Positions 41,595-55,715 of a stretch of DNA of 64,000 nt are shown one piece after another. A program made the position numbers and the translations under genes. The notes below the pieces were generated by a model. That model saw only the letters and a list, made by a program, of their open reading frames with translations, was not told the origin of the DNA and ran no database searches. Location: the NCBI RefSeq assembly GCF_006345805.1, contig NC_043015.1, positions 52,638,001 through 52,702,000 on the forward strand, written 5' to 3'. How positions within the stretch are numbered: the stretch's first letter is position 1; each line of letters starts with the position of its first letter. The stretch is from Octopus sinensis. Taxonomy: Eukaryota.

Positions 41595-42615
41595 AACAAA
41601 TGGGTAATCTTCTTCACAGAAAGAAGTTTTGAAAGACTTCAGGGTGTGCGCGCAAGGGGAAAAAGGGGGTTTGTCGTATATTCGGATGAAAGAACGGTAA
41701 ACGGACAAAAAAGAGATAGAAAGAGACAGACAGGAAGAATGTGGTAGGTTTTAAAAAAAAATATTTGGACTGTCGGTTTAAAAATTTTTCAAATAAAAAT
41801 ATAATACAAAGAATAAAACGATGGACACACAGACACAAAGAAAATATGTTAAAGTCGACTGTAAATGGAATTACGATCCGAGATTTCCAGCAAATGGAAT
41901 ATTCTTTGAATTTTTCCTTTCTTTTTTTTTTTGATTGTGCTTTCAGAGAAGTATAAGATCAGCAGAGAAATAGGGGGTGTGTTGTTGACACGGAGGAGGA
42001 TGTGTGCATGTGTATGCTTGGGTGTATGTGTTTATGTATATGCATGTATGGGCTGTGATAATAAAACGGCTGCCAACAATGGATTAAAGAGTCTGTTTGG
42101 GGGAGGGGAGATATTTTTCTTCATATATATATATATATAAAAATCTCACAGCAACTGCACATTGGGGGTGAGGGGTGACGTTTTGGTAGAGGGGAGGGCA
42201 GGTATATTATATAATATATTTTCTAAAATATATATATATACATATATATATATGTATATATATATATACATATGTATATATATATATAAATATATATATG
42301 TATATATATATATATATTAATTTCGTTTCGTGTTGTTTTTTTTTTCTTTTTTAATATTTACTTTTAAATATTTAATTAAAAATTATTTTCGTTTAGTAAA
42401 AAAAAAAAAAATAACACTGTTTCTTTTTCTTATTCACTTTGAATGATGTTTGGCATTGGCTTTTGTTTTTGTTGCTTTTTGTGGAAAGGAGAAATTTGTG
42501 GGGTTTTTGGGTTTTTTTTTTTTACAAAAAATGGTAAAAATATTTGAAAATATCCAATTTCACACCAATTTATGGCATCCAGCAGTGTTTTTTCCTGAAC
42601 AAATTATGGTTGAAC
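41595..42615 (-). other. mbl: Predicted 5'UTR part of the first coding exon of mbl (whole exon about 41406-42615, 1210 nt)
   Basis: The strongest minus-strand acceptor upstream of the ATG is TATTCTATTTTATTTTATTTTCCAG|GTTCAACC (AG at 42617-42616). Weaker alternatives lie near 42595 and 41860. No SINE is recognisable between this acceptor and the ATG. Confidence 0.6.
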
Positions 42616-42767
42616 CTGGAAAATAAAATAAAATAGAATATTTTGAGTAAATCTATTTATTATTAGCATCGATTAAGAAAAAATTAACAAAGATTCATAA
42701 TTTTACAAATGTCAAAAATGAAAATACCAAACGGTTACAGCTTAAAAACGAAGGAAAATGGAGTTAG

Positions 42768-43153
42768 TTTTACTCTTTTACTTGTTTCAGTCATTTGACT
42801 GCGGCCATGCTGGAGCACCGCCTTTAGTCGAGCAAATCGACCCCAGGACTTATTCTTTGTAAGCCTAGTACTTATTCTATCGGTCTTTTTTGCCGAACCG
42901 CTAAGTTATGGGGATGTAAACACACCAGCATCGGTTGTCAAGTGATGTTGGGGGTACAAACACAGACACACACATATATATATATACATATATACAAAGG
43001 GCTTCTTTCAGTTTCCGTCTACCAAATCCACTCACAAGGCTTTCGTCCACCCGAAGCTATAGTAGAAGACACTTGCCCAAGGTGCCACGCAGTGGGACTG
43101 AACCCAAAACCATGTAGTTGGTAAGCAAGCTACTTACCACACAGCTACTCCTG
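42768..43153 (-). mobile_element. SINE family A, full length, about 150 bp upstream of the predicted mbl acceptor
   Basis: Near-exact reverse complement of the copies at 18015 and 33453. CpGs are largely intact, suggesting a young copy. Confidence 0.92.
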
Positions 43154-44804
43154 GTTCTTGGAATATAAATTAATCTGAATTAATGTGGAAGGTTTTAATT
43201 TATATCAGTTTAAAACAAGAAGCTTGTATCAGAGAATCACCGTCTGTTTCAAGGATAGCTTTGGTATGAAAAGGGCTCAATTTTTGCTCCTGTCTCACTG
43301 CCTTGTATATAATCTTTGAGACAGACAAGAGCAGATTATATTAATTACAAAGACTGAGGCATTTAAAGGGGAATTTTATTTCATTGTATTTGATTTATCC
43401 TGATACCAATACCGGGACGACGAAAGGGTAAGCTGACCTCGGAATTATTACTAATAATATTAAGAAAACCACTACTACTACTAATAATAATAATCCATAT
43501 GAAACACACAAAATATATATTTAAAAAAAACAAGCAGATACAAACTAATCACAACTTAAAACTTAATTAGTCAGTCATAAGTAATGTCAAACGAGATCTG
43601 AGCTCATTGAGAGAGAGAGAGAGAGAGAGAGGGGGGGAGAGAATAGAGAGACTGAATGGAACAACAAAATAGATTATAATCATGTAAGCTATCTGTTAAA
43701 TGTGCTGAAATAGGTGTGGCCTGCAGTTTTATAGTTTGTCTCTTTTTTTTTCCTTTTAATTTTTTTTTGGGGGGGGGGGGTTATTGGTGTTTTGTTTTGG
43801 GTTATTTATATGTGGGTGGTGGAGGGAGTGCAGAGGGGGGGAAATAAACAAAAATAGAGAGAAAGAGTGTGTGAAGGAAAATTAATTAACTAGGACTGCC
43901 ATTCTCAGCTGTATTTTTAACTGAATGTCATCAAGGAAAAAAAAGGAAAGAAAAATGTCAATATGTGTGTGTGTATGCATATATTTATAAACACATGCAC
44001 ACATGCATATACACACACACACACAAACATATACACACATGCACAAATATACATATATACACACACATGCACACATACTTATATACATACATATACATAC
44101 ATACACACATACATGTATATGCACACATATGTATACGCGCACACACACCATCAGAAACATCTGTATATCCATTTGTATACACACATGTACACATACATCT
44201 AAATATCTGTATGCACACACACACTGTTGTATATTCATCCATCTTGAAACAAGACATACATCTCTCTACCTATCAATACATATAGATCTGTATACATGCT
44301 TTGTGTGTGTGAGTGGAACAAAAACAATAGCCCAGCCAATAATTTCAGAAACCTCTCTGCCACCAAGCCCTCACCACCACCATCCTTGCCCATCCCTCAC
44401 AAAACAGCTCCTGTTTCATTTCCTTTCAATGTTGATGACACCAAATTCCTCATAACACCCAGCCATTCACTCATCTACCCACCACCACCTACATTTACAT
44501 TAGACACCACATCCACCACCACCACCACCACCACCAACAATAACAATAGTTACTACTCCAGCAACATTACTAAGCACCACCACTGCCACCATCCAGCACA
44601 TGCTAAATTAACCACTTTTTGTTAGTAGTGGTGGCGTTGATGGTGGTGTCAGACAAAGGCAGTGAGAGAAGGAATTCTCAAATGACAGTAGATTTATTGA
44701 CAACCAAATGGCCACTGTCCTACCCATGCCAGCATGGGACATGGACATTAAAGAAGAGACAGCAGCCTTCAACTCACTAAATATTTTTATAACTTCTTGG
44801 AGTC

Positions 44805-45192
44805 TTTTACTCTTCTATTTGTTTCGTCATTTGACTGCAGCCATGCTGGAGCACCGCCTTTAGTCGAGGACTTATTCTTTGTAAACATAGTACTTATTTT
44901 ACCGGTCTCTTTTGCCGAACCGCTAGGTGACAGGGATGTAAACACACCAGCATCAGCTGCAAGCGATGTTGGGGGGACAAACACAGACATACAAACATAT
45001 ATACACACACACACACACACACATATATTTATATATATATATATATATATATACGACAGGCTTCTTTCAGTTTCCGTCTACCAAATCCACTCACAAGGCT
45101 TTGGTCAGTCCGAGGCTATAGTAGAAGACACTTGCTGAAGGTGCCACACAGTGGGACTGAACCCCGTTACCATGTGGTTGGTAAGCAAGCTA
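44805..45192 (-). mobile_element. SINE family A with 9-bp TSD
   Basis: Reverse complement of family A. CTTGGAGTC occurs at 44796-44804 and 45193-45201. Confidence 0.9.
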
Positions 45193-45927
45193 CTTGGAGT
45201 CGGTAAAACTATACCAACTCTGATTCCAACTCACAATGTCTTTATTCTTTAATATGAACCAGTTATAACATATAGGCCTACTCAAAGTACAAGCGTATGC
45301 ATATGCTTTATGGGGTATGCAGACCACAATCATTTGATTACATAAAGAGGAGTCAGAGTCAGAGGTGCATCAAAGTTTCTTGTTTCGACTCCACAGCCCT
45401 GCTTATAAGCCATCAAATATGGTTAATTCAATTACCAATGCCTGCATAAAAAAAAAAGACATAGGTATGGTAAAAACAGATAAGGCACCACAAGGTGGGA
45501 TTGAACTTGCAACAAAGTTAAGTGCAAGTATAAAGATTTTTAAGCATGACACCACACCACAGGTGCCGACAGTAAGCTGCCTTTAATCCTTGAGCAGAAG
45601 GAGAAAATGAAAGGTGTGATTTGAAGAGGAGATAAATTGTTGAGCTAAGCAGCTTCCTGCTATGCTGGTAGCATTTGCTGGGTAGGGAAGGAGAGAGGGG
45701 AGGTCTGAGGGTATGGAGAAAGAAGTGGGACAGGAAGGGGAGGAGTAATGAGGGAAAAAGGAACCATTTAGGATCTACAGCAAATAGAATCTGATTAGTT
45801 TATAGCTGGCTTAGATCTAAAGAGATTCAGGAATTGCAAAGAAGCTACCTGTCTCTTGACATTATCCTTCCTGTTTCTCATTTAAAAGTGTAAGAGTTGA
45901 AGACTTCTGAGGAAGGAAGAGAATCGC

Positions 45928-46285
45928 TGGCGAGGCTGTGTGATAAGAGGTTTGCATTGCAGCCACATGGTTGTGGGTTCAGTACCACACGGTGGTACCT
46001 TGGGTGTCTTCTACTCTAGCCTGGGGAATGGTGGGGTGGATTTGGTACATGGAAACTGAAAGAAGCCTCTTGTATATAAATATGTATATATGTTTGTGCG
46101 TTTTGTGTTTGTCTCCCACCACCACCACTATGACATGACAACCACTGTTGGCTTGTTTATGTCCCTATAACTTAGCGGTTGGGCAAGTGACCAAAAAAAA
46201 AAGGAAATACTGGGGTCAAATTGATTGACTAAACCCTTCAAGACAATGCGCCAGCATGGTCACAGTGCAAAGACCGAAACAAATG
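45928..46285 (+). mobile_element. Diverged SINE family A copy
   Basis: ggctgtgtgataag...gggttcagtacc...ggaaactgaaagaagcc...cttagcggtt. Confidence 0.75.
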
Positions 46286-46311
46286 TGTGTGTGTATGTAT
46301 GTATGTGTGTG

Positions 46312-46365
<54 letters not shown>

Positions 46366-46630
46366 CAAACACACACACATTACATTTACAAACACATACT
46401 CATTACATACATACATACATACATACATACAAACATACACACACACACACACACACCATCATTCAGTCAGCTGTAGATTTCAAGGGCAATTGTTACTTTG
46501 CAGTTGGCAGAAGCAACAAGTACCTTGCTCAAGCACAAAACGTGACCCTGGTCTTGGAATCAAACACCCATCCTTCTAATTGTGAGCCACAGTTTAATAA
46601 CTAAGGTCAGTGTAATCTTCATATACTTAA

Positions 46631-46852
46631 CCCTCTTGATACTAACCCGGCCAAAACCGGCTCTGGCTCTGTAGTACAAATGTCTTGTTTTCATAAGTTT
46701 TTCATTAAAATATACCACTAAACCTTAGTCTTAATTTATGATCCTAACAGTAGCTGAATGATAAGTAAGGTATTTTACTAAATTCTTTGTTATATTTACA
46801 ATTAATTGAAAGAAATATAGAGCATCTCAAAATGAATATGGTAACGAAAGGG
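46631..46852. mobile_element. piggyBac-type MITE, TTAA TSD (family 1, copy 2)
   Basis: TTAA|CCCTCTTGATAC ... GTAACGAAAGGG|TTAA. Confidence 0.9.
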
Positions 46853-48971
46853 TTAAATACAGTTTTTGTTTACAAAGACAAGATATATTCATGTATATTT
46901 TTATGAACATACATGCACACACACACACACACAAACTACGATGCCAAAAGAAAATCACCCAGAAGGCTTTTGTCAAGCAAAGCCAGGGTAACAATGTTTG
47001 CACAAGGAACTGAACCTGAAATCATATGAAAGCAGGAGAAATTTCTAAAACATGTGGCCATGCCAGCACCAAAATTCCCTGGCAGAGTTTCTGACCAAGT
47101 AGAATTAACAGGAGGGTACAATGGGCCTAAATTGATTTACTTTCATCAGGCCTTAAAAGACAATAGCTTGTAGCAAAAGAGTGGGGGGGAGGGGGAAGAA
47201 CAAAGCATTTTAGTCAAGCTCAAATTATTAAAGCTCACTGTGAGATGTGGACATTTGCCGAACAATCAATGTAGCTGGGATTCTTGCCAGAACGACATGA
47301 CCAATTTTTGTCAATACGATGAAAGAAATATTTAAGAACACAAAGCAGCAGAACAATAATTTTTATTTGGCAACACATAGATTTCCTTCTGTATGACAAA
47401 TCCAATCAAAACAAAACACTGCTTTCACAAAAGCAGTTTTCTTCACTGTATATATATATATCTTTTTTTTTCTTCATTTTGTATTCATTTCTTCCCTTTT
47501 TTTTTTTTGTTAGTAAGTACCATAAATGGTTCGAGACTGCAGACTATGTAATTGGTCATGTTGTTTTTTCTTTAACCAACTGAAAGTATGGCAGTCCAAA
47601 TATATTAAACAAGGTTTACTGCTGCATTATGTATCTACAGCCAACATACCTAACTCTCAATGACCATAAGTCAACCCTTGTTGGAACTCTCAATGACCAC
47701 AAACCCACTCGGGTCTGAAGGTACTTGCTAAGCATAACAACTCACTATTTCTTTTCTAACACACCATTGCTTTCATTGTTAACACAAGAAGGCCTGAAAT
47801 TCTGGGTAAAGTGTTTTAATTGATTAAACTGATCAGAGTACACTCTATAGATATTTTATATCAATGACCCCTAAAAGGATGAAATCGGTAAGATTTCAAT
47901 CCAGCTTATAAAAAGCCAGAACAAATACTAGAAAGCAATTTGTCCAGTGCTCAACAAATTCTCCCAATCCAAATAACAACAATGAAAATAATAATAACAA
48001 TCTTTTCTACTATGGGCACAAGGCCTAAAACTTTGAGGGAGGGAGCTAGTCAACTACATTGACCCCAGTACAACAATATCATATTAATTATACTGAAACA
48101 AAATTTTTAGTTTGAGAAGTGCTTAACTAACTGTGATAGCCAGTAAAAGACTAAGCAGGGATCATTATAGTTGAGTATTCCCTTCAAGGGAGTGCTTCAG
48201 CATGGTCCAATGCTTGAAACCAGTAAGAGGGTAAAAGGATTGCTACACTCCTGGTACGGTTGTGTGGTTAAGAAGCTTGCTTCACAATCACATGGATATA
48301 GGTTCAGTCCTACTACAGGGTAGTGTGGGCAAATGTCTTCTAAATTCTGCGCAAGTCTTGAATCAGTTTTTACATTCCATTCCTTCAGATTCAATAAATT
48401 GGGAACCAGTCAAACAAATAGTGAAGGTACCATTTCTTCTTTCTCTCTCTCTTTCTCACACACACACACTTTCTTGGTGTCATTGATATCAGGAAGTATG
48501 GGAAATCCAATTGGCATAATTGATAAAAAAAAGTCTCCAGGGAGCTCAGACGAGTTATCCACACCCCAGGATTTGGCAGCAACTGTAGATACACTGTATC
48601 TGGGGAGAAAACTGGATGGTGATGGCTGGGGCAATTTTTTTTTTTTTTTTTTGGCCATAGGCCTACAGAATGAAGGGTTGGCCTTGTGTTGAGTCAACAG
48701 AGGAGTAAGCCATTCAAAACAACTAATAAAAAGGAGATGTCATTTGGAAACAATCTCATACATTGTACAAATACCAGACACACACACACATGTATAAACT
48801 CTACACCTACATTAGTTATTTTTTTTAATGTTTCAACCTCTTTCATGTGCTGCTTGTATGATGACTGCTTTATGTGTGGGTGGGTGTCAATGTACGTGTG
48901 TATTTATGTAGGTTCTATAAATACATGTGCATGTGTGTGTATATATAATGTATTTATGTACCAATATACAT

Positions 48972-49009
<38 letters not shown>

Positions 49010-50110
49010 GGTAGGTATGTGCAACACACAAGCATAAATATGAATGTATGTGAAAATGAACAAAGAATACACACACATGCACAGATATGCACACACACAC
49101 ACATACATGCACACTGACACACATCCTGTTCATACCAGTTAACTCTGCAATAGGAAGTCTTGAAAACAATAGAACACAGAATACACTCACATGCGAGTGC
49201 ACGCACACGCACACAAGACAAAAAAAAATCCTTTTAAATGTAAAATGCCATCACTTTTAGCACACCACCCGTCCCCCCTTCCCAACACAAACACTATGTA
49301 CATTATGAATTGCATCAACGCCTACATGGATCATCATGCTACAAGAGGAGGGAATGTCGCTTTTCACACTATTGTTGACAAAAATGCATTTCATGTGCAT
49401 ATACACGCATATATGAACATTATTATTATTCATCATGTTAGACAAAACATGAGCAACAAGAGCAAACACATCATCATCATCACTATTTTAACGTCTGCTT
49501 TCTTATGCTGGCATGGGTCACATGGAATTCACAGAGGCAGATTTGTCTTTTTTTTTTGCTTTGTTTCGTTTTTTTTCTTTACATCTGGATGCCTTTCCAG
49601 TCACCAAACCTTGCCCGTTTCCAAACAAGTTAATATTTCATGACCAAACGTGTTTTGTCGCAGAAGATTGGAAATGGATAACATTACTTGCATGATGATG
49701 ATGAAGGCATGTGATCGAGTGGTTACACAGTTGCACTCCCGATTGCAAGATCGTAGTTTCAATTCCCAGGCCAGCCATGCATTGTGTCCTTGAGCAAAAC
49801 ACTTTATTTTATGTTGCTCCCTTCCGCTCAACCGCAAATGAGTAACCTTATCGGGTGAGATGGTAACTTGGGAAAATCACCGAGATGGAGGTTTGGCAGG
49901 CCAAGTTTTGAATTCAGGGGTTGAAAGGATGGTTAGTACAAACTGTACTGTGAATCGCAACAGGTTGAGATTGGTTATTCAACGACATTGAAGGACGAAC
50001 AAACGATGACGATAGTTTGTTCACAACTATTGTGCAACATCAGAATAACAAGACATATCTATATATAATATTAGGGAGTATAACTGCATAATAGTGGGGG
50101 TTTTTCTCTA

Positions 50111-50147
<37 letters not shown>

Positions 50148-52204
50148 GACAACTATATGTTTAGGGGCATGTGTATTCATGCGTGTGCATGTGGTCTCTT
50201 ACAGTGACCCAACAGAGATCACTGGATGGCACAGACAATCAACTTCTATGCATGATCTTTAACATCTTCTATGCCAATCCTATCTCAAGCACATTATCTT
50301 AAGATCATCTCTACAGAAATTATAGACAGCACTGATTAGATTATGACATTTCTATAGAAAATCTGTAGAAATAAACTTGAAATGTGATTAAACCCTGTAG
50401 CATTCAGATTATTCCATCAAATGTAATGCTTATATTTTCATATTGTTTTGAATTAATCATGTATTATCTTTTGGCTTCAAGATTTCAATAATCTGATTGT
50501 TTATTTTTACCATGACATTGTAGAGTAGGTGTAAGATGTTGGATATGGCCAGGTTGAACATAAAAGAGGCAAAATATTTTGGCTGGATATAGCTGGGTTA
50601 ACATGAAAAGACACAGTATTGACTTATAAAGCGTGCAACGAAACACGGTGTTCCTACAGGTAATTAATATCTCAAGCGAGTCACTATATGGATATTTATT
50701 GGCCATCAGCTGGGCAATCAAACAAACACAGCTAAAATCCACAGATAAACCTGTCACTGTGCTTTTCTTTTTTCATATATAATCCCCTGGAGATGTTCAA
50801 GCTTGGTCAGGTTTGGATGACATTTGTCTGTGAAGTTACTCAAGCCACAGGGCTATGCAGTCTCAGAGTTGGTAAACGCAATGTCAGGGTCAACGTTCAC
50901 AGGTGATGTGGTGCATACTAACAAGAAATGTGCATGAGTGTGTATGTGTTTGTGTGTACACGTGTGCATATACTATGTGTGTGTGTGTGTGTGTTTCAGT
51001 ATGCTTGCATTCATATTTGTTTGTGTGTGTGTGCTCATGTTTACATTTGGGCTTCTGTGAAACTCCCTGAGCTGCAAGTGATGAAGTTATTTTCCCCATC
51101 AGCAAATCTGGTTTTGGCACCTTCAAAACAAGCGAAGATTAGCGACAGGATGGACATCAGGCTGGAGAATAATATCCTAATAATAATCTTTCGGCATAAA
51201 GTGAGCAGTTTTGAGGAGAGGGGCAAGTCATTTACATTGAGCTCAGACTTGAGTGGGGTTTATTTACTTCATTCCAGAAGAATGAAAGGCAAAGTTGACC
51301 TGGGCAGAATTCGAACTCAGAACATAGAGAGTCAGGAGAAATGCCACCAAGCATTTCGTCCAGTATACTAATGGTTCACCCACTTCACTGCCTACATGGT
51401 GAAGATTATGCGATGCAATTTACATTCATATACACACGCATGCATACGTACACACATATATACATGCATGCATAGATATATAGATATGTACAGACATAGT
51501 GATATACACACACACACACATACATGTAATAATATATTCATTTAACCCATACTAGATTTTTTTTAAATGGACAGAGAAACAAAATGAAAAACTCACTAAG
51601 CATGAGTTCCCGCACACACATATACACAACAAGTTGTGTGTGATGTTTAGCCCAAGGTCTATCTAGATAAAATTTAGCCCAAGGTCTATCTAGCTAAAGT
51701 AGGCTGATAATAGAATTAGAAGTCATAACTATCTCACTACATTGTTTATCTGAGATATTAAATCTTTTAATGTGTCAATTTTTGCTGGGTTTTAAAAAGT
51801 GGTGTATGATTTGAAGAAATCAGGTTGTTATTTCTAGCAAGAAAAACCCACTGTGTAGAAGTTACTTCATTGGCTCATGGAAAGCGGACGCTAAACGATG
51901 ATGATCATCATCATCATCGTTTAACATCCATCTTCCATGCTAGCATGGGTGGGACGGTACAAGAGCCAGCCAGGTCGAAGCCTGCACCAAACTTCTGTGA
52001 CTGTTTTGGCATGGTTTTTACAGCTTTCAAATGCCAACTACTTTACAATGTGAACTGGGGGCTTTTAAGTGACACCTGCACTGACAGTGTCATCAAGTAC
52101 TTGCATGACCGAAAAAAGAAAAAGAATACTCATATGGAGTATATACATAAGCATGTATTTATAATTTATATACATGCACCAACACAAACATTAATGCACG
52201 TGAT

Positions 52205-52440
52205 AAGGCGGCAAGCTGGCAGAAACGTTAGCTTGCCGGGCAAAATGCGTAGCAGTATTTTGTCTGCCGTTACGTTGTGAGTTCAAATTCCGCCGAGGTC
52301 GACTTTGTTTTTCACCCTTTCGGGGTGGATAAACTAAGTATCAGTTACACACTGGGGTCGATGTAATCGACTTAATCCCTTTGTCTGTCCTCGTTTGTCC
52401 CCTCTATGTTTAGCCCCTTGTGGGCAATAAAGAAATAAGA
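52205..52440 (+). mobile_element. Full-length tRNA-derived SINE (family B)
   Basis: aaggcggcaagctggcagaaacgttagc...gagttcaaattcc (box B)...tttagccccttgtgggcaataaagaaataag. Confidence 0.9.
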
Positions 52441-53117
52441 AACATTAGTGCATGCATAGATGTGTCTATGTGGAATGAAAGTATGTGAAGATGTATACAT
52501 GTGCTCATGGATAGAAATACAAGTGTGTATTATGAATGTGTGTATATGCATAAAAATGAATAAGCACATGAAGGAATGTATCTGAATGTCAGTTCCCTTG
52601 TCACAAATTATAAGAAAGGGTGGCAGCAATTGTCTGTAAAAACGGTTTGGTATGGACACAGGTCCATGAAATAAAAGCAAAATAAGAAAAAGGAAAGGAT
52701 GAAAGAGATGAAGGAAGAATGGATGAAAAGATGGACACAAGAAAGTCAAATTACATACATTTTCTTTATATTCAGTGTAGGAAGCCAACTCTTACAATTT
52801 ACTTTTTTCACTGTACGCACTTAACGTCATAGCCCCAAATAATTTGTAGTTCATATGAACAGTAGTTGAGCACACAGGTGTGTGCGTGTGTATGTCAATG
52901 CCCAAAACTCTCATGACTTGAGTCACTCGCTAACTTCAGTAGCCATACTGGGGCAACACTTTGAGAAGCTTAGGTAAACGAATCAAAGGAAATACTTTTT
53001 TTCCCACTCTTACTAAGCCTGGTGCTAATTCTATCGGTCCCTTTTGCCAAATGCAGATGTAAACAAACCAACACCAGATGCCAAATGGTGGTGGGGAGAA
53101 ACATAAAGCATAGAGAT

Positions 53118-53155
<38 letters not shown>

Positions 53156-53434
53156 TTATACACACACATGCATGTGTGTGTGTGTGTGTATATATATAAA
53201 TATATATATACATTTGGTTGGTGCATAATTGTGGCTTTTCTTCAACAAATTTTATTCAACAAAAACAATATTTAACAAAAACATCTTGAAACAACTGTCT
53301 GACCATCTGCCAAGCAAATGGGAAGCAGTAATTGAAGTAGATGTTGAATATGCTCTGGAATAATCATTTTAAGATGTTTTTGTTGAACAAAATTTGTTTG
53401 ATAAAAAGCCGCAATAAGTATGCACCAACTCAAG

Positions 53435-53481
<47 letters not shown>

Positions 53482-54024
53482 CACACACACACACACACAC
53501 ATAACACTGATTTTACACCAATTATTCTCAAACTTGCACAAACTGAATAAGTCTTCTCCAACACATCAGCTGGTCCATCATCACTGCGGTCCTTTCATCA
53601 TCCTTCTTTCCTCCTTTTGAAAAAGTTCAACCTCCTAACATCCTTACATCCACTTCTCCATTCCATCCTTACCGCCCACATATTCCTCAACCGTTTATTT
53701 TTTTTTCCTCTCTCTCTTTTTCTCTTCCACAGATCTATTCCAATCGAAACATTTGGCACGTCTTCAGGCATGTCTTCACTCGACTGTCATCCTCTGTACG
53801 CATCACAAATCGGCACTAGTGCAGTCTTCTGTTTCACACAATACCCCCCGATTCATCTTACACCCGACTTCTCTCTCACTTCATTTGTGCTCTGTCGTTC
53901 ATTCACACAAACATTAAATACGCAGTGGAGCATCAGCACCAGGTTTCTTTACAATATTTTGGTACATTCTCTGCATTCAATGCCTAGTGTCTTGCTACCA
54001 TACAACATGCCACTTTGATCTTAT

Positions 54025-54245
54025 TACACACACACAGAAATGTACATACATATATACACACACACACACACACATACATATATATACACACACACATACA
54101 TATATATATACACACACACACACATATATATACACACACACATATACACACACATACATATATACACACATACATATACACACACATACATACACACACA
54201 GATACATATACACACATACATATATATATATGCACACACACACAC

Positions 54246-54276
<31 letters not shown>

Positions 54277-54490
54277 TATATATATACACACACACACACA
54301 CATACATATATATACACACACACACACACACATACATATATATATACACACACACACACACACATACATATATATACACACACACACACACACACATACA
54401 TATATATATATACACACACACATACACACATATATATATACACACACACACACATACACACATATATATATACACACACACACACATACA

Positions 54491-54558
<68 letters not shown>

Positions 54559-54800
54559 CACACACACACACATACATATATATATACACACACACACATA
54601 TATATATATACACACACATACATATACACACACATACATATACACACACATACATATACACACACACATACATATATATATATACACATACACACATACA
54701 TATATATATACACACACACACACACACATATATATATACACATACACACATACATACATATATACACACACACACATACACACACACACATATATATCTT
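54025..54800. repeat. About 770-bp compound (CA)n CATACA (TA)n microsatellite array
   Basis: Continuous cacacacatacatatatata units. This is the source of the long HT/YI/CV ORFs. Confidence 0.97.
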
Positions 54801-55272
54801 CACATCTATATACATGCATATAAACATATGTACACACAAATGTGATGCGGATGTAAGATGATAATGAAAATGAGTGATGTATACATGTATTCTTACCACT
54901 TGTGGGTGCATGAGCCTGTATCATATCTTAATGTAAGAGTATGTACACACACACACACGTGTACGAGTGTATGTGTAATGTGTGGTGTCGGGCGTGTGCA
55001 TGTGTGTGCGCAAACGGGTGTAGGCATGTACGTGTATGTCTATATGTAAGCATATACACATGTGTATACATATGATATACATCAACCGAATCCTAGCCGA
55101 CAACAGGATGTATATACATAGAGATGTCAAGGCTTTCTTGGGAATTCCTTTCCTCATCTTTGTCACATCCTCCCAGCCTAACAGATACTTTCTTTCATTT
55201 TCTTTTTCACATTTTTAAGTTCAATGATAGTGTTTCCAGTTGTCATAATTTTACTGGATCACAATTATTATT

Positions 55273-55305
<33 letters not shown>

Positions 55306-55705
55306 CGTCCTTTCTACTGGAAGCACAAGGACTCAAATTTGGGGGAAGGGATTACGTCAATGACATCGACCCCAGTGCGTAACTGGTACTTATCTAATCG
55401 ACCCTGAAGGGATGATAGCTAAAGTCGGCTTTGGCGGAATTTGAACTCGAAACGTAGCAGCAGATGAAATACCACTAAGCCTAACAATAATAATCCTTTC
55501 TACTATATGCACAAGGCCAGAAATTTTGGGGGAGTGGGTAAGTCGATTGCATCAACCCCACTCCAGTTTCACTGGTACTTAATTTATAGGCCCCAAAGGG
55601 ATGAATGGCAAAGTCAGTCTCAGCAGAATTTGAACTCAGAATGTAGTGGCAGACGAAATACCGCTAAGCATTTTGTCCAGCATGCTATCAATTCTGCCAT
55701 TTCAC
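55306..55705 (-). mobile_element. Two SINE family B copies
   Basis: atcgaccccagtgcgtaactggtactta...ggaatttgaactc, twice. Confidence 0.8.
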
Positions 55706-55715
55706 CTAATAATAA

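Noticed and set aside
41595-41708. N-terminal extension of Mbl suggested by the ORF track (MSVYRSF...)
   Set aside because: It starts at a non-ATG codon; Mbl homology begins at ATG 41594/41588.
53984-54924. Long ORFs of 267-309 aa in six frames, and similar HT/YI/CV-rich ORFs throughout
   Set aside because: They are translations of stop-free (CA)/(TA)/(TG) microsatellites, not genes.
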